Source: Actinomycetaceae bacterium
Lineage (GTDB): Bacteria > Actinomycetota > Actinomycetes > Actinomycetales > Actinomycetaceae
NCBI GenBank assembly: GCA_030537795.1
Contig: JAUNVE010000007.1
Coordinates: 9,891 to 33,890 of the forward strand
Reading direction: 5' to 3'
DNA: 24,000 nucleotides
The notes under the pieces were generated by a model, which made no database searches, was not told where the DNA came from, and saw only the letters and a program-made list of their open reading frames with translations. The position numbers were made by a program, and so were the translations under genes. Position 1 is the stretch's first letter; every line of letters begins with the position of its first letter. Below, in pieces: positions 12,377 through 20,197 of the stretch.

Positions 12377-12471
12377 AACGGAGATCCCATGAAATGCGCG
12401 ACAAATGCGAGCGCGGAAATAATGCCTTCTGCGCTGTCGGCAAAACTATCGGTATCGCATTCAGATCTTCG

Positions 12472-13428
12472 CTACGGCTGTTGTTTGAGGGTAATAAGCG
12501 AAGCTTCTGGTCGGCATGCAAAACGAACAGGGGCAAAAGGTGAAGTTCCCAGACCAGCGGATACGTGGAGGGCAGCTGATAGGCCACCGAAACCCCAGGT
12601 ATGCAAACCGGAAGCGTATTCACGCGGTATGTCGCAGTTTGTGACAATCGCCCCGTATCCGGGAACACGCAGTTGCCCTCCGTGAGTATGTCCGGCAAAA
12701 ATAGCATTGACGCCGAGTGACACGAAATCGTTGAGGACTCGCTGATAAGGTGCGTGGGTCACACCGAGACGTAGGATGTTCGGATCCCCCCAGTTGTCGG
12801 GAGGTTCGGGTACGTGGTCACGTTTGATATGCGGGTCATCGACTCCAATACATCCAATGCGTTGAGGACCGCAAGCCGTAGGAATCTCACATACCTCCAC
12901 CTGATTAGACAGATCAATCCAACCGGCTTCTGTGAATCGTTCGACAAGTGCCAGCCAAGGAAGGTCGGGAATATTGCGCTGATGACCCGGTGAACCGTGG
13001 CGAGAAAGATATGACCACCAAGGCTTGTACCGAGGAGAATAGTAGTCGTTTGACCCCAGTACGAATATGCCCGGATGGGCAAGTAGCGGATCATATGCGT
13101 TAAGAGCAAGTTCAAGGCCGGCTTTCGAACCGAGATTATCGCCGGTGGAGACCACCAGATCGAAATCTAGTGTTGCCAGATCCTTCATGAAATCGACGAG
13201 CCATTCTTGACCGCGAAAGAAGTGAGGATCTGAAACATGTAGCACTGTGAGCTCGTCACATGTGGATGGTAAATCGATATATGCGGTGTACTCCCGTAGG
13301 GTTGGCCACCGTCGCTCAACCTGAGTCCATGCTCCCACTGCAGCTGCGGTTGCAACAGTTCCTGCCAATCCAAAACCAGCCGCACGAGCGATTTTATGCG
13401 CAAGGGACATTTGCGTGTCGTCAGACAT
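12472..13428 (-). CDS. Membrane-anchored metallophosphoesterase (calcineurin-like)
   Basis: N-terminal TM segment, then LHVSDPHF (D.H), VVSTGDNLG (GD), VLGSNDYY (GN(D/H)), FAGHTHGGQ (GH.H). This is the full metallophosphoesterase motif set. It sits directly downstream of the PBP gene, as the Rv3683 homologue does in mycobacteria. Confidence 0.88.
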   Translation of the reverse strand: MSDDTQMSLAHKIARAAGFGLAGTVATAAAVGAWTQVERRWPTLREYTAYIDLPSTCDELTVLHVSDPHFFRGQEWLVDFMKDLATLDFDLVVSTGDNLGSKAGLELALNAYDPLLAHPGIFVLGSNDYYSPRYKPWWSYLSRHGSPGHQRNIPDLPWLALVERFTEAGWIDLSNQVEVCEIPTACGPQRIGCIGVDDPHIKRDHVPEPPDNWGDPNILRLGVTHAPYQRVLNDFVSLGVNAIFAGHTHGGQLRVPGYGAIVTNCDIPREYASGLHTWGFGGLSAALHVSAGLGTSPFAPVRFACRPEASLITLKQQP

Positions 13429-13446
13429 GACTAGTTACTCTCTGAG

Positions 13447-15588
13447 TTAATCGTCATCGTCACCGTCACCCTCGTCGGACGGTGCCGGGGAGGGAGGCTC
13501 CGGTGGGGGAGGTGGAGAACCGAGATTACCTTCGTCAAAGGACTCAACCGGGTAGTCAGCCATGGCGTTGCGCATATACTGCGCCCACATGGGACCGGAG
13601 AACGTACCGCCGTAGAGGGCGCCGTAATAGACTCCGTTAATGGTTTGATAGGCCACCGATGTCGTTGATGCGTGCCCGTAACCCGCCCAGGCCGCAGTCA
13701 TGACTTGCGGTGTTCCTCCGACCAGCCAGAGGTTATCGTTCTTATCGGTGGTGCCGGTCTTGGCGATAATGGGGCGTCCGATGCGAACATTGCTGTATCC
13801 GGCGCTATCTCCATTGCGGCGAAGCACCGCGGCAACTTTGGTGGCTGCTTCCTCATCAACCGCCTGGTGGCAGGACGGCTCAAATTCGTTAATGATCTCT
13901 CCGTTGCGGTCCGCTACAGAGATTACCGACATGGGGTCGCATAAAACACCGTGGTTAGCGAATGCTCCGTATGCCCCGGCCATCGTCAGCGGTGTTGCTC
14001 CAGCACCAATAATTTCAGCTGGATAGGGTTCGATCATACTTCCATCCGGTTGCGTGATACCGAGAGCTTTCATGCCTTCAAAAATGCCGCACAGGTTCAC
14101 CTGAGATGCCATATGGGCAAAGGCGCGGTTCACAGACAGTTCCGTCGCCTGGAGGACGGAAAATGAGCCTTCGCGTCTGGCGGCTTCCCCGACGGTCCAG
14201 TTGCCGGCATGGCCGGGGCTACAGGGAATATTCCATTCATACGCTTGGAATGAGGGGGAATGGCCTCCTACTCGCTCCCATGCGCTATGGCCTTCTTTAA
14301 ACCACTGCAAAAGTGTGAATGGCTTGAGTGCAGAACCACCCTGGAAGCCGTCGCCACCGCCGTGAGCTTTGTCGACGTTAAAAGAAGTTTGCGTCGCGTG
14401 CGGGTCATCTTCAGTCGGTAAACCGTAGCGGGTGTTTTGTGCCATAGCTAAAATATGGCCGTTTTTCGGGTCGCGAGACACAATCGCAGTGTTGGCCCCG
14501 GAAGGGTCGTCGACAGGGATACGGTCGGTTACCGCTTGATAGGCGTATTCCTGCATCTTCGAGTCCAAAGTTGTGCGGATCGTCAGTCCGCCACGCAATA
14601 GTTTTTGCTTGCGTTCGGCTTCATCTTTGCCGAACTCTTCTGACGCCATGAGCGAGGCAATCACATAATCGCAAAAATAGGCGGCGTTTCCGGCGGCAGC
14701 ACATCCCGAAGTGGTATTTGAAACGTTGAGCATATCCTCGATTTCGAGGCTAACCGCTTCGTCATACTCCTCTTGAGTGATCTTTTTCTGGGCCAGCATT
14801 GTCCCCAGTACGGTGTTGCGCCTTTCTTTCGCCTCTTCTGGGTGATGGATCGGATCATAAGCCGCCGGCGACTTCACTACGCCCGCTAGCACAGCTGATT
14901 CTGCTACTGATAGGTCGGCAGCTGGATGCGAGAAGTACAACTGCGAGGCGGCCTCAACACCGTAGACATTTGTGCCGAAGGGAGCGATATTGAGGTAGCC
15001 GAGCAAAATGTCATCTTTTGACATCTTTTGTTCGAGGGCGAGTGCGTAGCGCGCTTCGCGCAGTTTGCGCGAAATTGTTTGTTCAGTGGCGGATTCGATG
15101 AGGTCCTGATCGCCTTTTTGCAAACCCGTCTCCAGCAGCGTGTTCTTCACATACTGCTGCGTGAGAGTGGAACCCCCCTGGGTTCCTTCACTCTTCAGAT
15201 TGTGGACGGCAGCGCGGGCCATTCCTTCCGGATCAATGCCCTTATGTTCGTAAAACCTCTTATCCTCGATGGCGAGAATCGCGTTTTTCATATTGTCTGA
15301 AATCTGGTCAAACCCGACTATCACGCGATTTTCGGCATAAAACTTCGCGAGCACCTCACCGTCGGCAGAGGTGATGGTCGAAATTTCGGAGGGCGCGAGA
15401 ATATCGAACTCCGTAGGGAGTGTGTCGAATACCCGGGGCGCAGCTTTTACCGTAATACCAGCAACACCGGCAGCGGGTACGACAAGGCCAGCCAGGAGCA
15501 CACCGGACAGAATGCTGGAAACCAGAAAAGTTCCCAGTAGCGTCAGATACTGTCCCTTACCGACGGAACGAGGATTTACGTGTGACAT
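13447..15588 (-). CDS. ponA: Class A penicillin-binding protein (bifunctional glycosyltransferase/transpeptidase)
   Basis: N-terminal TM anchor. GT51 motifs are AILAIEDKRFYEHKGIDP and GGSTLTQQYVKN. Transpeptidase motifs are GSALKPF (S..K), ...SVNRAF (S.N) and KTGTT (K(T/S)G). It has a Pro-rich then poly-Asp C-terminal tail (SPPPPPEPPSPAPSDEGDGDDDD). Confidence 0.92.
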   Translation of the reverse strand: MSHVNPRSVGKGQYLTLLGTFLVSSILSGVLLAGLVVPAAGVAGITVKAAPRVFDTLPTEFDILAPSEISTITSADGEVLAKFYAENRVIVGFDQISDNMKNAILAIEDKRFYEHKGIDPEGMARAAVHNLKSEGTQGGSTLTQQYVKNTLLETGLQKGDQDLIESATEQTISRKLREARYALALEQKMSKDDILLGYLNIAPFGTNVYGVEAASQLYFSHPAADLSVAESAVLAGVVKSPAAYDPIHHPEEAKERRNTVLGTMLAQKKITQEEYDEAVSLEIEDMLNVSNTTSGCAAAGNAAYFCDYVIASLMASEEFGKDEAERKQKLLRGGLTIRTTLDSKMQEYAYQAVTDRIPVDDPSGANTAIVSRDPKNGHILAMAQNTRYGLPTEDDPHATQTSFNVDKAHGGGDGFQGGSALKPFTLLQWFKEGHSAWERVGGHSPSFQAYEWNIPCSPGHAGNWTVGEAARREGSFSVLQATELSVNRAFAHMASQVNLCGIFEGMKALGITQPDGSMIEPYPAEIIGAGATPLTMAGAYGAFANHGVLCDPMSVISVADRNGEIINEFEPSCHQAVDEEAATKVAAVLRRNGDSAGYSNVRIGRPIIAKTGTTDKNDNLWLVGGTPQVMTAAWAGYGHASTTSVAYQTINGVYYGALYGGTFSGPMWAQYMRNAMADYPVESFDEGNLGSPPPPPEPPSPAPSDEGDGDDDD

Positions 15589-15704
15589 GTTCTAAGCCTA
15601 CGACGAAGTTGTACCGATAGGGGAGATAGAAGCGTTAGTTTGGCTACTCTCGATGCGAGATATCGCGGTCCAGCTGGTAGGCGCAGTTGAAACCAATGCC
15701 TGAA

Positions 15705-15720
15705 TGTGTGTATGGTCACA
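15705..15720. promoter_or_regulatory. Candidate Crp/GlxR box TGTGT-GTATGG-TCACA upstream of the whiB-type gene
   Basis: 9 of 10 matches to TGTGA-N6-TCACA. The overlapping GTGTG-N6-CACAC (15706-15721) is a perfect inverted repeat. Its centre is about 52 bp upstream of the whiB ATG (15765), in the ponA/whiB divergent gap. Confidence 0.45.
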
Positions 15721-15764
15721 CTTGATAAAGGTGTTACCAATTTTGTGGAACCAATGGGGTGAAC

Positions 15765-16106
15765 ATGACCTACGGATGCACCGATAAGGATCAAAGCTGG
15801 GCGGCGAAGGCGCTATGCGCCACGGAGTCTCCCGATGCGCTTTTTGTGCAGGGAGCCGCGCAGCGTCAGGTACGTTCTCGGTGTCTTGCCTGCGTCGTTC
15901 GACTTGAGTGTTTAGCCGACGCCCTCCAGTCTGAAGCCAATTTCGGCGTATGGGGTGGTCTCACTGAACGCGAGCGCCGCGCCATGTTGCGTCACTACAC
16001 TGACATCACCGACTGGCGCGACTGGATAATGAACTCGGATGACCCACTGGCAGAAGAACTACGTACACCAAAGATCCCGCGGGTTTTAGCCCGTGTACGC
16101 AACTAG
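15765..16106 (+). CDS. whiB4: WhiB-family Fe-S transcription factor, WhiB4-like
   Basis: AKALCATESPDALFVQGAAQRQVRSRCLACVVRLECLADALQSEANFGVWGGLTERERRAML shows the four-Cys pattern C-Xn-C-X2-C-X5-C plus the G(V/I)WGG turn and basic tail. It aligns closely with my recollection of M. tuberculosis WhiB4 (SKALCRTTDPDELFVRGAAQRK...FGVWGGMTERQRRAL), and its position next to ponA matches. The start is either ATG 15765 or GTG 15759. Confidence 0.85.
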   Translation: MTYGCTDKDQSWAAKALCATESPDALFVQGAAQRQVRSRCLACVVRLECLADALQSEANFGVWGGLTERERRAMLRHYTDITDWRDWIMNSDDPLAEELRTPKIPRVLARVRN

Positions 16107-16115
16107 CAACAGTAT

Positions 16116-16148
16116 CCGGCGCTCTCGCTTGAGGCGCCGGTTTTGTTT
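16116..16148 (+). terminator. Intrinsic terminator immediately after whiB
   Basis: CCGGCGC (16116-22), an 11-nt loop, GCGCCGG (16134-40), followed directly by TTTTGTTT (16141-48). It lies 10 nt after the whiB stop. Confidence 0.7.
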
Positions 16149-16159
16149 AGGATGAATGC

Positions 16160-16318
16160 ATGCAGAAATGGGAATACGCAACGGTACCGTTGCTGATACA
16201 CGCGACCAAAGCAATTCTTGATCAGTGGGGGGAGGACGGCTGGGAACTAGTACAGGTAGTGCCCGCGCCGCATAACCCCGAAAATGTTGTTGCCTACCTT
16301 AAGCGCCCCAAGGCATAG
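16160..16318 (+). CDS. DUF4177-like small conserved protein (52 aa), absent from the ORF track because it is under 60 aa
   Basis: My translation is MQKWEYATVPLLIHATKAILDQWGEDGWELVQVVPAPHNPENVVAYLKRPKA*. The pattern M.KWEY..VPL......K..L..(W/Y)GE.GWELV.V is what I recall for DUF4177 proteins common in actinobacteria. AGGA lies 7 nt upstream of the ATG. Confidence 0.7.
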   Translation: MQKWEYATVPLLIHATKAILDQWGEDGWELVQVVPAPHNPENVVAYLKRPKA

Positions 16319-16342
16319 GCAGTCTCAGGCTTAAAGAACATA

Positions 16343-16376
16343 GAAGCGGGGCTCACGCCAGTGTGAGCCCCGCTTC
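16343..16376. terminator. Bidirectional hairpin between the DUF4177 gene and crp
   Basis: GAAGCGGGGCTCAC (16343-56), a 6-nt loop, GTGAGCCCCGCTTC (16363-76). This is a perfect 14-bp stem between two convergent stops (16318 and 16401). U-tracts are poor on both sides. Confidence 0.6.
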
Positions 16377-16400
16377 GGGTCTTATCCCCGTGCAGCGTCT

Positions 16401-17090
16401 TTAACGTGCGCGGCGTGCTAAACGGTCGAGATCAAGCAGTGTGACAGCTCGACCTTCAAGTTGAATCCACCCGCGGGATACGAAATCAGCCAACGACTTA
16501 TTGACGGTTTCGCGTGATGCTCCCACAAGCTGCGCAAGTTCTTCTTGCGTGAGATCGTGCGGTACGTGAGCCCCGTCGTCGGTGGGGGTGCCGAAGCGGT
16601 CTGCCAGATCGAGCAGTGCCTTGGCTACCCGGCCGGGTACGTCCGAGAAAACCAGATCAGCGAGTGATTCGTTGGTGCGGCGCAAGCGGCGAGCGAGCGC
16701 ACGTAGCATATGCTTACCCATCGTGGGATTGGTATCGAGGATCCCCACCAAATCGGCATGATCTAGGTGTAGGAGAGTGACGGGAGACACTGCGGTTGCA
16801 GTTGTTGAACGCGGGCCCGGATCGAAAAGCGTCAGTTCGCCAATGATCTCTCCGGGGCCGAGGACAGCGAGAAGGTTCTCGCGACCGTCCAATGATGTGT
16901 GCCCGAGCTTCACCTTTCCCTCGGTGATGATGTACAGCCGATTACCCTGATCGCCCTCTTCAAAAAGGACTTCTCCGCGTCGCAGGGTCGTCTGACCCAT
17001 TTTGGCGCGAAGTGAGCGCTGCTGTTCTTCATCCAGCCCCTCGAAGAGGGGAACTTGGCTTATGTAGTTGCCTTCCACGGTCACCTTCAT
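16401..17090 (-). CDS. crp: Crp/Fnr-family cAMP-responsive transcription regulator (Crp/GlxR type)
   Basis: Track ORF 16401-17186 trimmed to ATG (complement of 17088-17090): MKVTVEGNYISQVPLFEGLDEEQ... The cNMP-binding domain reads LFEEGDQGNRLYIITEGKVKL...GRENLLAVLGPGEIIGELTLFDPGPRSTTATAV. The C-terminal HTH reads LTQEELAQLVGASRETVNKSLADFVSRGWI. The discarded 32-codon extension (MNRVTGTWCACG...) covers the promoter and Crp-box region. The GTG two codons downstream is an alternative start. Confidence 0.88.
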   Translation of the reverse strand: MKVTVEGNYISQVPLFEGLDEEQQRSLRAKMGQTTLRRGEVLFEEGDQGNRLYIITEGKVKLGHTSLDGRENLLAVLGPGEIIGELTLFDPGPRSTTATAVSPVTLLHLDHADLVGILDTNPTMGKHMLRALARRLRRTNESLADLVFSDVPGRVAKALLDLADRFGTPTDDGAHVPHDLTQEELAQLVGASRETVNKSLADFVSRGWIQLEGRAVTLLDLDRLARRAR

Positions 17091-17171
17091 TCTCCGCCGG
17101 TAGGCGGCTACGGATACAATCAATAAGCGGATGCCCGCTCGTATCACCGTGCCACATGCACACCAGGTGCC

Positions 17172-17187
17172 TGTGACTCTATTCACT
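17172..17187. promoter_or_regulatory. Candidate Crp/GlxR box TGTGA-CTCTAT-TCACT in the crp/nth divergent region
   Basis: 9 of 10 matches to TGTGA-N6-TCACA. It lies about 82-97 nt upstream of the crp ATG (17090) and about 87-102 nt upstream of the nth GTG (17274). Confidence 0.45.
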
Positions 17188-17273
17188 AGCTTATATGTTT
17201 TATCATGCCGTATGCGGGCTTAACGCATTTAGAGTCATTTATCGCCCTATCGGGAAAGGACAGGGGAGGTTGA

Positions 17274-17909
17274 GTGGATCAACCGCATCTGGTAGCTGAA
17301 CAACTGGCGCGCATGTATCCACATGCTCACTGCGCACTTATTCACCGGGGAGCTTTCGAGTTATTAGTCGCTACCGTACTGTCCGCGCAAACCACGGATG
17401 CGCGCGTCAATACGGTGACCCCGAAGCTGTTTAAACGGTATCCGAATGCAGAAATAATGGCGGCCGGCGATCCGCAAGATATCGCCCGAATTGTGCGACC
17501 ATTGGGTTTCCATAATCGGCGTGGTTCACAGCTGCAAGCTCTCGCACAAGCTCTGGTAGAGGACCATGGTGGTGACGTGCCGGCGGAGCGAAGCGCGTTG
17601 GAGAAACTCCCCGGGGTGGGGCGCAAAACCGCCCACGTCGTACTCGGTAACGCGTTTGGCGTGCCAGCCATTACGGTCGATACTCATGTCGGGCGTCTGG
17701 CGAAACGGTTGGGCTGGTCGCAGGCAAAAACACCGTTGGCCATTGAAAAAGACATTGCCCGGGTGCTACCGGACGTGGATTGGACGCTACTGTGTCACCG
17801 GTTGATTGAACACGGACGACGCGTCTGTCATTCACGCTCACCGCAATGTGGTGACTGCGCGCTGGCATCGCTGTGTCCGTCAGCGGCTGTTGAAGACTCA
17901 ACCGGATAA
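17274..17909 (+). CDS. nth: Endonuclease III (DNA glycosylase/AP lyase)
   Basis: FELLVATVLSAQTTDARVN (HhH-GPD start), LPGVGRKTAHVVLGNAFG (helix-hairpin-helix with catalytic Lys), VDTHV.RL, and a C-terminal 4Fe-4S loop CHSRSPQCGDCALASLC (C-X6-C-X2-C-X5-C). GTG start with GGGGAGG 5 nt upstream. Confidence 0.92.
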   Translation: MDQPHLVAEQLARMYPHAHCALIHRGAFELLVATVLSAQTTDARVNTVTPKLFKRYPNAEIMAAGDPQDIARIVRPLGFHNRRGSQLQALAQALVEDHGGDVPAERSALEKLPGVGRKTAHVVLGNAFGVPAITVDTHVGRLAKRLGWSQAKTPLAIEKDIARVLPDVDWTLLCHRLIEHGRRVCHSRSPQCGDCALASLCPSAAVEDSTG

Positions 17910-17922
17910 GCTTCGATAGCGG

Positions 17923-18861
17923 CTATTGCCGCGTTGAGTGCTCGGTGAGATGGGCGATGAGATGGTCGGTGACCACATCCGGTGCTTCTTCGGTAACAAA
18001 GTGTCCGCTACCGGGCACCAGATGCGAAGTGATCGGTGGGTGGACCCACTGCTGGTCACGTAGAAATGTCGCCGGAGGTCGCAGAGGATCCGCTTGGCCG
18101 ATGATGGCAGTCACCGGCTGTTGAATGATCGTATCAATGCGTTTGCGCGTATGTGCGGTGAGAGCATTCGCCCGGATGATGGCTTTAAGCGCTAGTCGGG
18201 CCGCGTACGGGCGAGAAAAAGCATATGCATACACGCGGTGGTTGCGGGCCACCTTGTCGATATTCGAGGGGGCAGCCCAGGCGGCGGTCGTTTGCTTGAT
18301 CAAGGCTCCTGAACGCAGGGCGCGAATGTTAAGCCAGGGGAGGCGAGTGCGTGCAACAGCGCGACCGGCTCGGGTGGTGGGGAAGGGCCAGGTACCGTGA
18401 ATGGACAGTGGATGAGGAGCTGCCACCGTGACGAAGCTGTCTACTATTTCCGGATGGGTTGCGGCAAGGATCCACCCGAGAGTGCCGCCCAAGCCCGCAC
18501 CGCCAATATGTGCGCTCGGGTAGCCCAGTGAGGAAATGACGGCTGCAACGTCCGCCGACATACGCAGCGGGTCTTGTCCGTAGGGTTGCAAGTCGGAGGT
18601 ACCGAAGCCGCGTAGATCCATGGAAAAAGCGCGATATCCGGCCTCACCTAGCGCTGGTAGAACACGGTGCCACGCGTACCACGTGCGCGGATAAGGATGG
18701 AGGAGAATAATCGGTTCTCCACCGATTGGTCCGCTGGCCGCCAAGTGAAAATCCGCTCCCGCTGCATTGACCGTCAGGTGTTCCCAAGGACCATCCGCAA
18801 GCAAGAGGGAACGGCCAGCCGTATGTGATACAGCTGGCCGTTTGGAAAATCGAGACCCCAT
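17923..18861 (-). CDS. Alpha/beta-hydrolase-fold protein of the epoxide hydrolase/haloalkane dehalogenase-like subfamily with degenerate catalytic motifs
   Basis: PIILLHPYPRTWYAWHRVLPAL...RAFSMDLRGFGTSD...AHIGGAGLGGTLGWILAATHPE...VPGSGHFVTEEAPDVV follows the layout of the H-G-x-P...W..W / D.RG.G.S / G-H-D-W-G-G / GHF...E.P subfamily. Here the oxyanion motif reads H-P-Y-P (nt 18688-18699) and the nucleophile elbow reads G-A-G-L-G-G (nt 18484-18504), so Gly replaces Asp/Ser. Its ATG lies 2 nt after the stop of the upstream gene. Confidence 0.7.
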   Translation of the reverse strand: MGSRFSKRPAVSHTAGRSLLLADGPWEHLTVNAAGADFHLAASGPIGGEPIILLHPYPRTWYAWHRVLPALGEAGYRAFSMDLRGFGTSDLQPYGQDPLRMSADVAAVISSLGYPSAHIGGAGLGGTLGWILAATHPEIVDSFVTVAAPHPLSIHGTWPFPTTRAGRAVARTRLPWLNIRALRSGALIKQTTAAWAAPSNIDKVARNHRVYAYAFSRPYAARLALKAIIRANALTAHTRKRIDTIIQQPVTAIIGQADPLRPPATFLRDQQWVHPPITSHLVPGSGHFVTEEAPDVVTDHLIAHLTEHSTRQ

Positions 18862-18863
18862 GG

Positions 18864-20096
18864 TTATTTACGGCGCCCCTTTTTGGTGAGAGTACCGGGA
18901 GCCATACGTTCGATTTGGGTGCGGATTTCTTCTTCCTTGCGTCCACTCCGGCGTGCGAGTTTAGCAATGATGCCGATGACGAATAGCAGTAGCCCGCAGC
19001 TAAAGATCGTGCCGGTATATCCGGTCCATTCAATATGATGCGCAACATTGGAACCAAAATCATTCCACGAGCGCAACCAATTTTGAACCGGGGTGATTTG
19101 CTCGCGGGTAAGTTCGGGTATCGCCAGGAATAGTGCGCCGCCAGCTGCCGCGAGGAAACCGAAGATGATGGCTCCGAGGGAGGAGCGTACGGCGAAGGAA
19201 AGCACGACGATGGCAATGACCAGACCACCGCCGAGTTCGATCAGCGCCGCCGGATTAAGCACACCGCTTTCCATGGGATTGCCCGGTGCCAGGGTGAGGC
19301 GAGCAGCCGCATCGGTAATCAGATACCAAGCCGCAGGAATTGCGAGCAAGGTAATGAGGAAAGACCAGATACGAGGAGCCGCGCGTGAGGGAAGCTCGGG
19401 GACAACGGTTGCTTCATCAATAATGGATGAGTCATCCTCGCGTTCCGTTGACTCTACACGAGGACGCCAGGATGTTGTCGCCTCCACATCTTCTTCCTCT
19501 TCCCGATGGAGCAGAGATTGGCGGCGAATCTTAGTGGATTCCAGCTCGTCATCATCGAGTGAAGCAACCGGGCCAGATGCGCCAGCTACGCCCGGTGTCG
19601 ACAAGCCGGAGTCTGAATCGCGGTTTCCCCATTCTGACTCACTATCGGCGTCTCGTGGATCAAGTGGATCATACGGTTCGGTTGGCGGCACTGCAGATTC
19701 ATTTTGCGGCTGGAGTTTCGATAGGTCGTATTCGCGCCGCGGCTGGTAATCGTCCTCCGGTTGAGAGCGCCGTTCGAGCACATCTCGCGGAATTTCTGAG
19801 TCAGCGTGGGGTTCAGTGTAAAACGGCATGCCGGTAGCTTCGGCGTTCACGTCCAGGTCGGGGCCACCGGGTTGTCCAACGATATCGGAAGGTTCCGGAT
19901 GGGGATCGACAATGGGATCGTCATCCACTACCAGATCGCGTTGATCAGCATCGACCTCGCTGTCAGTATCGCGCGGTGTCGGGTCAATGAGATCAGAGTG
20001 CTCCTCCACCTGTTCATCATCACCGGGGACCCAGGCAGGGGACTGTGATTCTTCATCACCAGTACCGAACGGGTCATTAGTGTTACGTTCTACCAT
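18864..20096 (-). CDS. Hypothetical membrane protein with a long, extremely acidic, low-complexity N-terminal region and a C-terminal block of about 4 TM segments
   Basis: Track ORF 18864-20153 trimmed to ATG (complement of 20094-20096), which has GAGGAGG 5 nt upstream: MVERNTNDPFGTGDEESQSP... About 250 aa are rich in D/E/P/S with no hydrophobic core (e.g. DTDSEVDADQRDLVVDDDPIVDPHPEPSD, DPRDADSESEWGNRDSDSG, HREEEEDVEA). TM segments follow (IWSFLITLLAIPAAWYLI..., GGGLVIAIVVLSFAV, GAIIFGFLAAAGGALFLAI, IFSCGLLLFVIGIIA), then a basic tail (RRSGRKEEE...KKGRRK). I recognise no family. Confidence 0.6.
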   Translation of the reverse strand: MVERNTNDPFGTGDEESQSPAWVPGDDEQVEEHSDLIDPTPRDTDSEVDADQRDLVVDDDPIVDPHPEPSDIVGQPGGPDLDVNAEATGMPFYTEPHADSEIPRDVLERRSQPEDDYQPRREYDLSKLQPQNESAVPPTEPYDPLDPRDADSESEWGNRDSDSGLSTPGVAGASGPVASLDDDELESTKIRRQSLLHREEEEDVEATTSWRPRVESTEREDDSSIIDEATVVPELPSRAAPRIWSFLITLLAIPAAWYLITDAAARLTLAPGNPMESGVLNPAALIELGGGLVIAIVVLSFAVRSSLGAIIFGFLAAAGGALFLAIPELTREQITPVQNWLRSWNDFGSNVAHHIEWTGYTGTIFSCGLLLFVIGIIAKLARRSGRKEEEIRTQIERMAPGTLTKKGRRK

Positions 20097-20197
20097 TTGA
20101 ACCTCCTCAGTTACATCCAACGGTAACTTGAAAACACCATAAATGCGCGTCACCTTGCCGGTTCCGCCATCATTAGATGCCCCACAATTTCGCTTGG

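Noticed and set aside
13447-13520. Pro-rich and poly-Asp tail of the PBP as a separate feature or repeat
   Set aside because: It is in frame and continuous with the PBP. Low-complexity C-terminal tails are common in actinobacterial class A PBPs, and there is no DNA-level tandem repeat.
17091-17186. 32-codon N-terminal extension of the crp ORF
   Set aside because: Crp/GlxR proteins of this type are about 225-230 aa and begin just before the ..PLF.G(L/V) segment. The extension (MNRVTGTWCACGTVIRAGIR...) is not Crp-like and contains a near-consensus Crp box.
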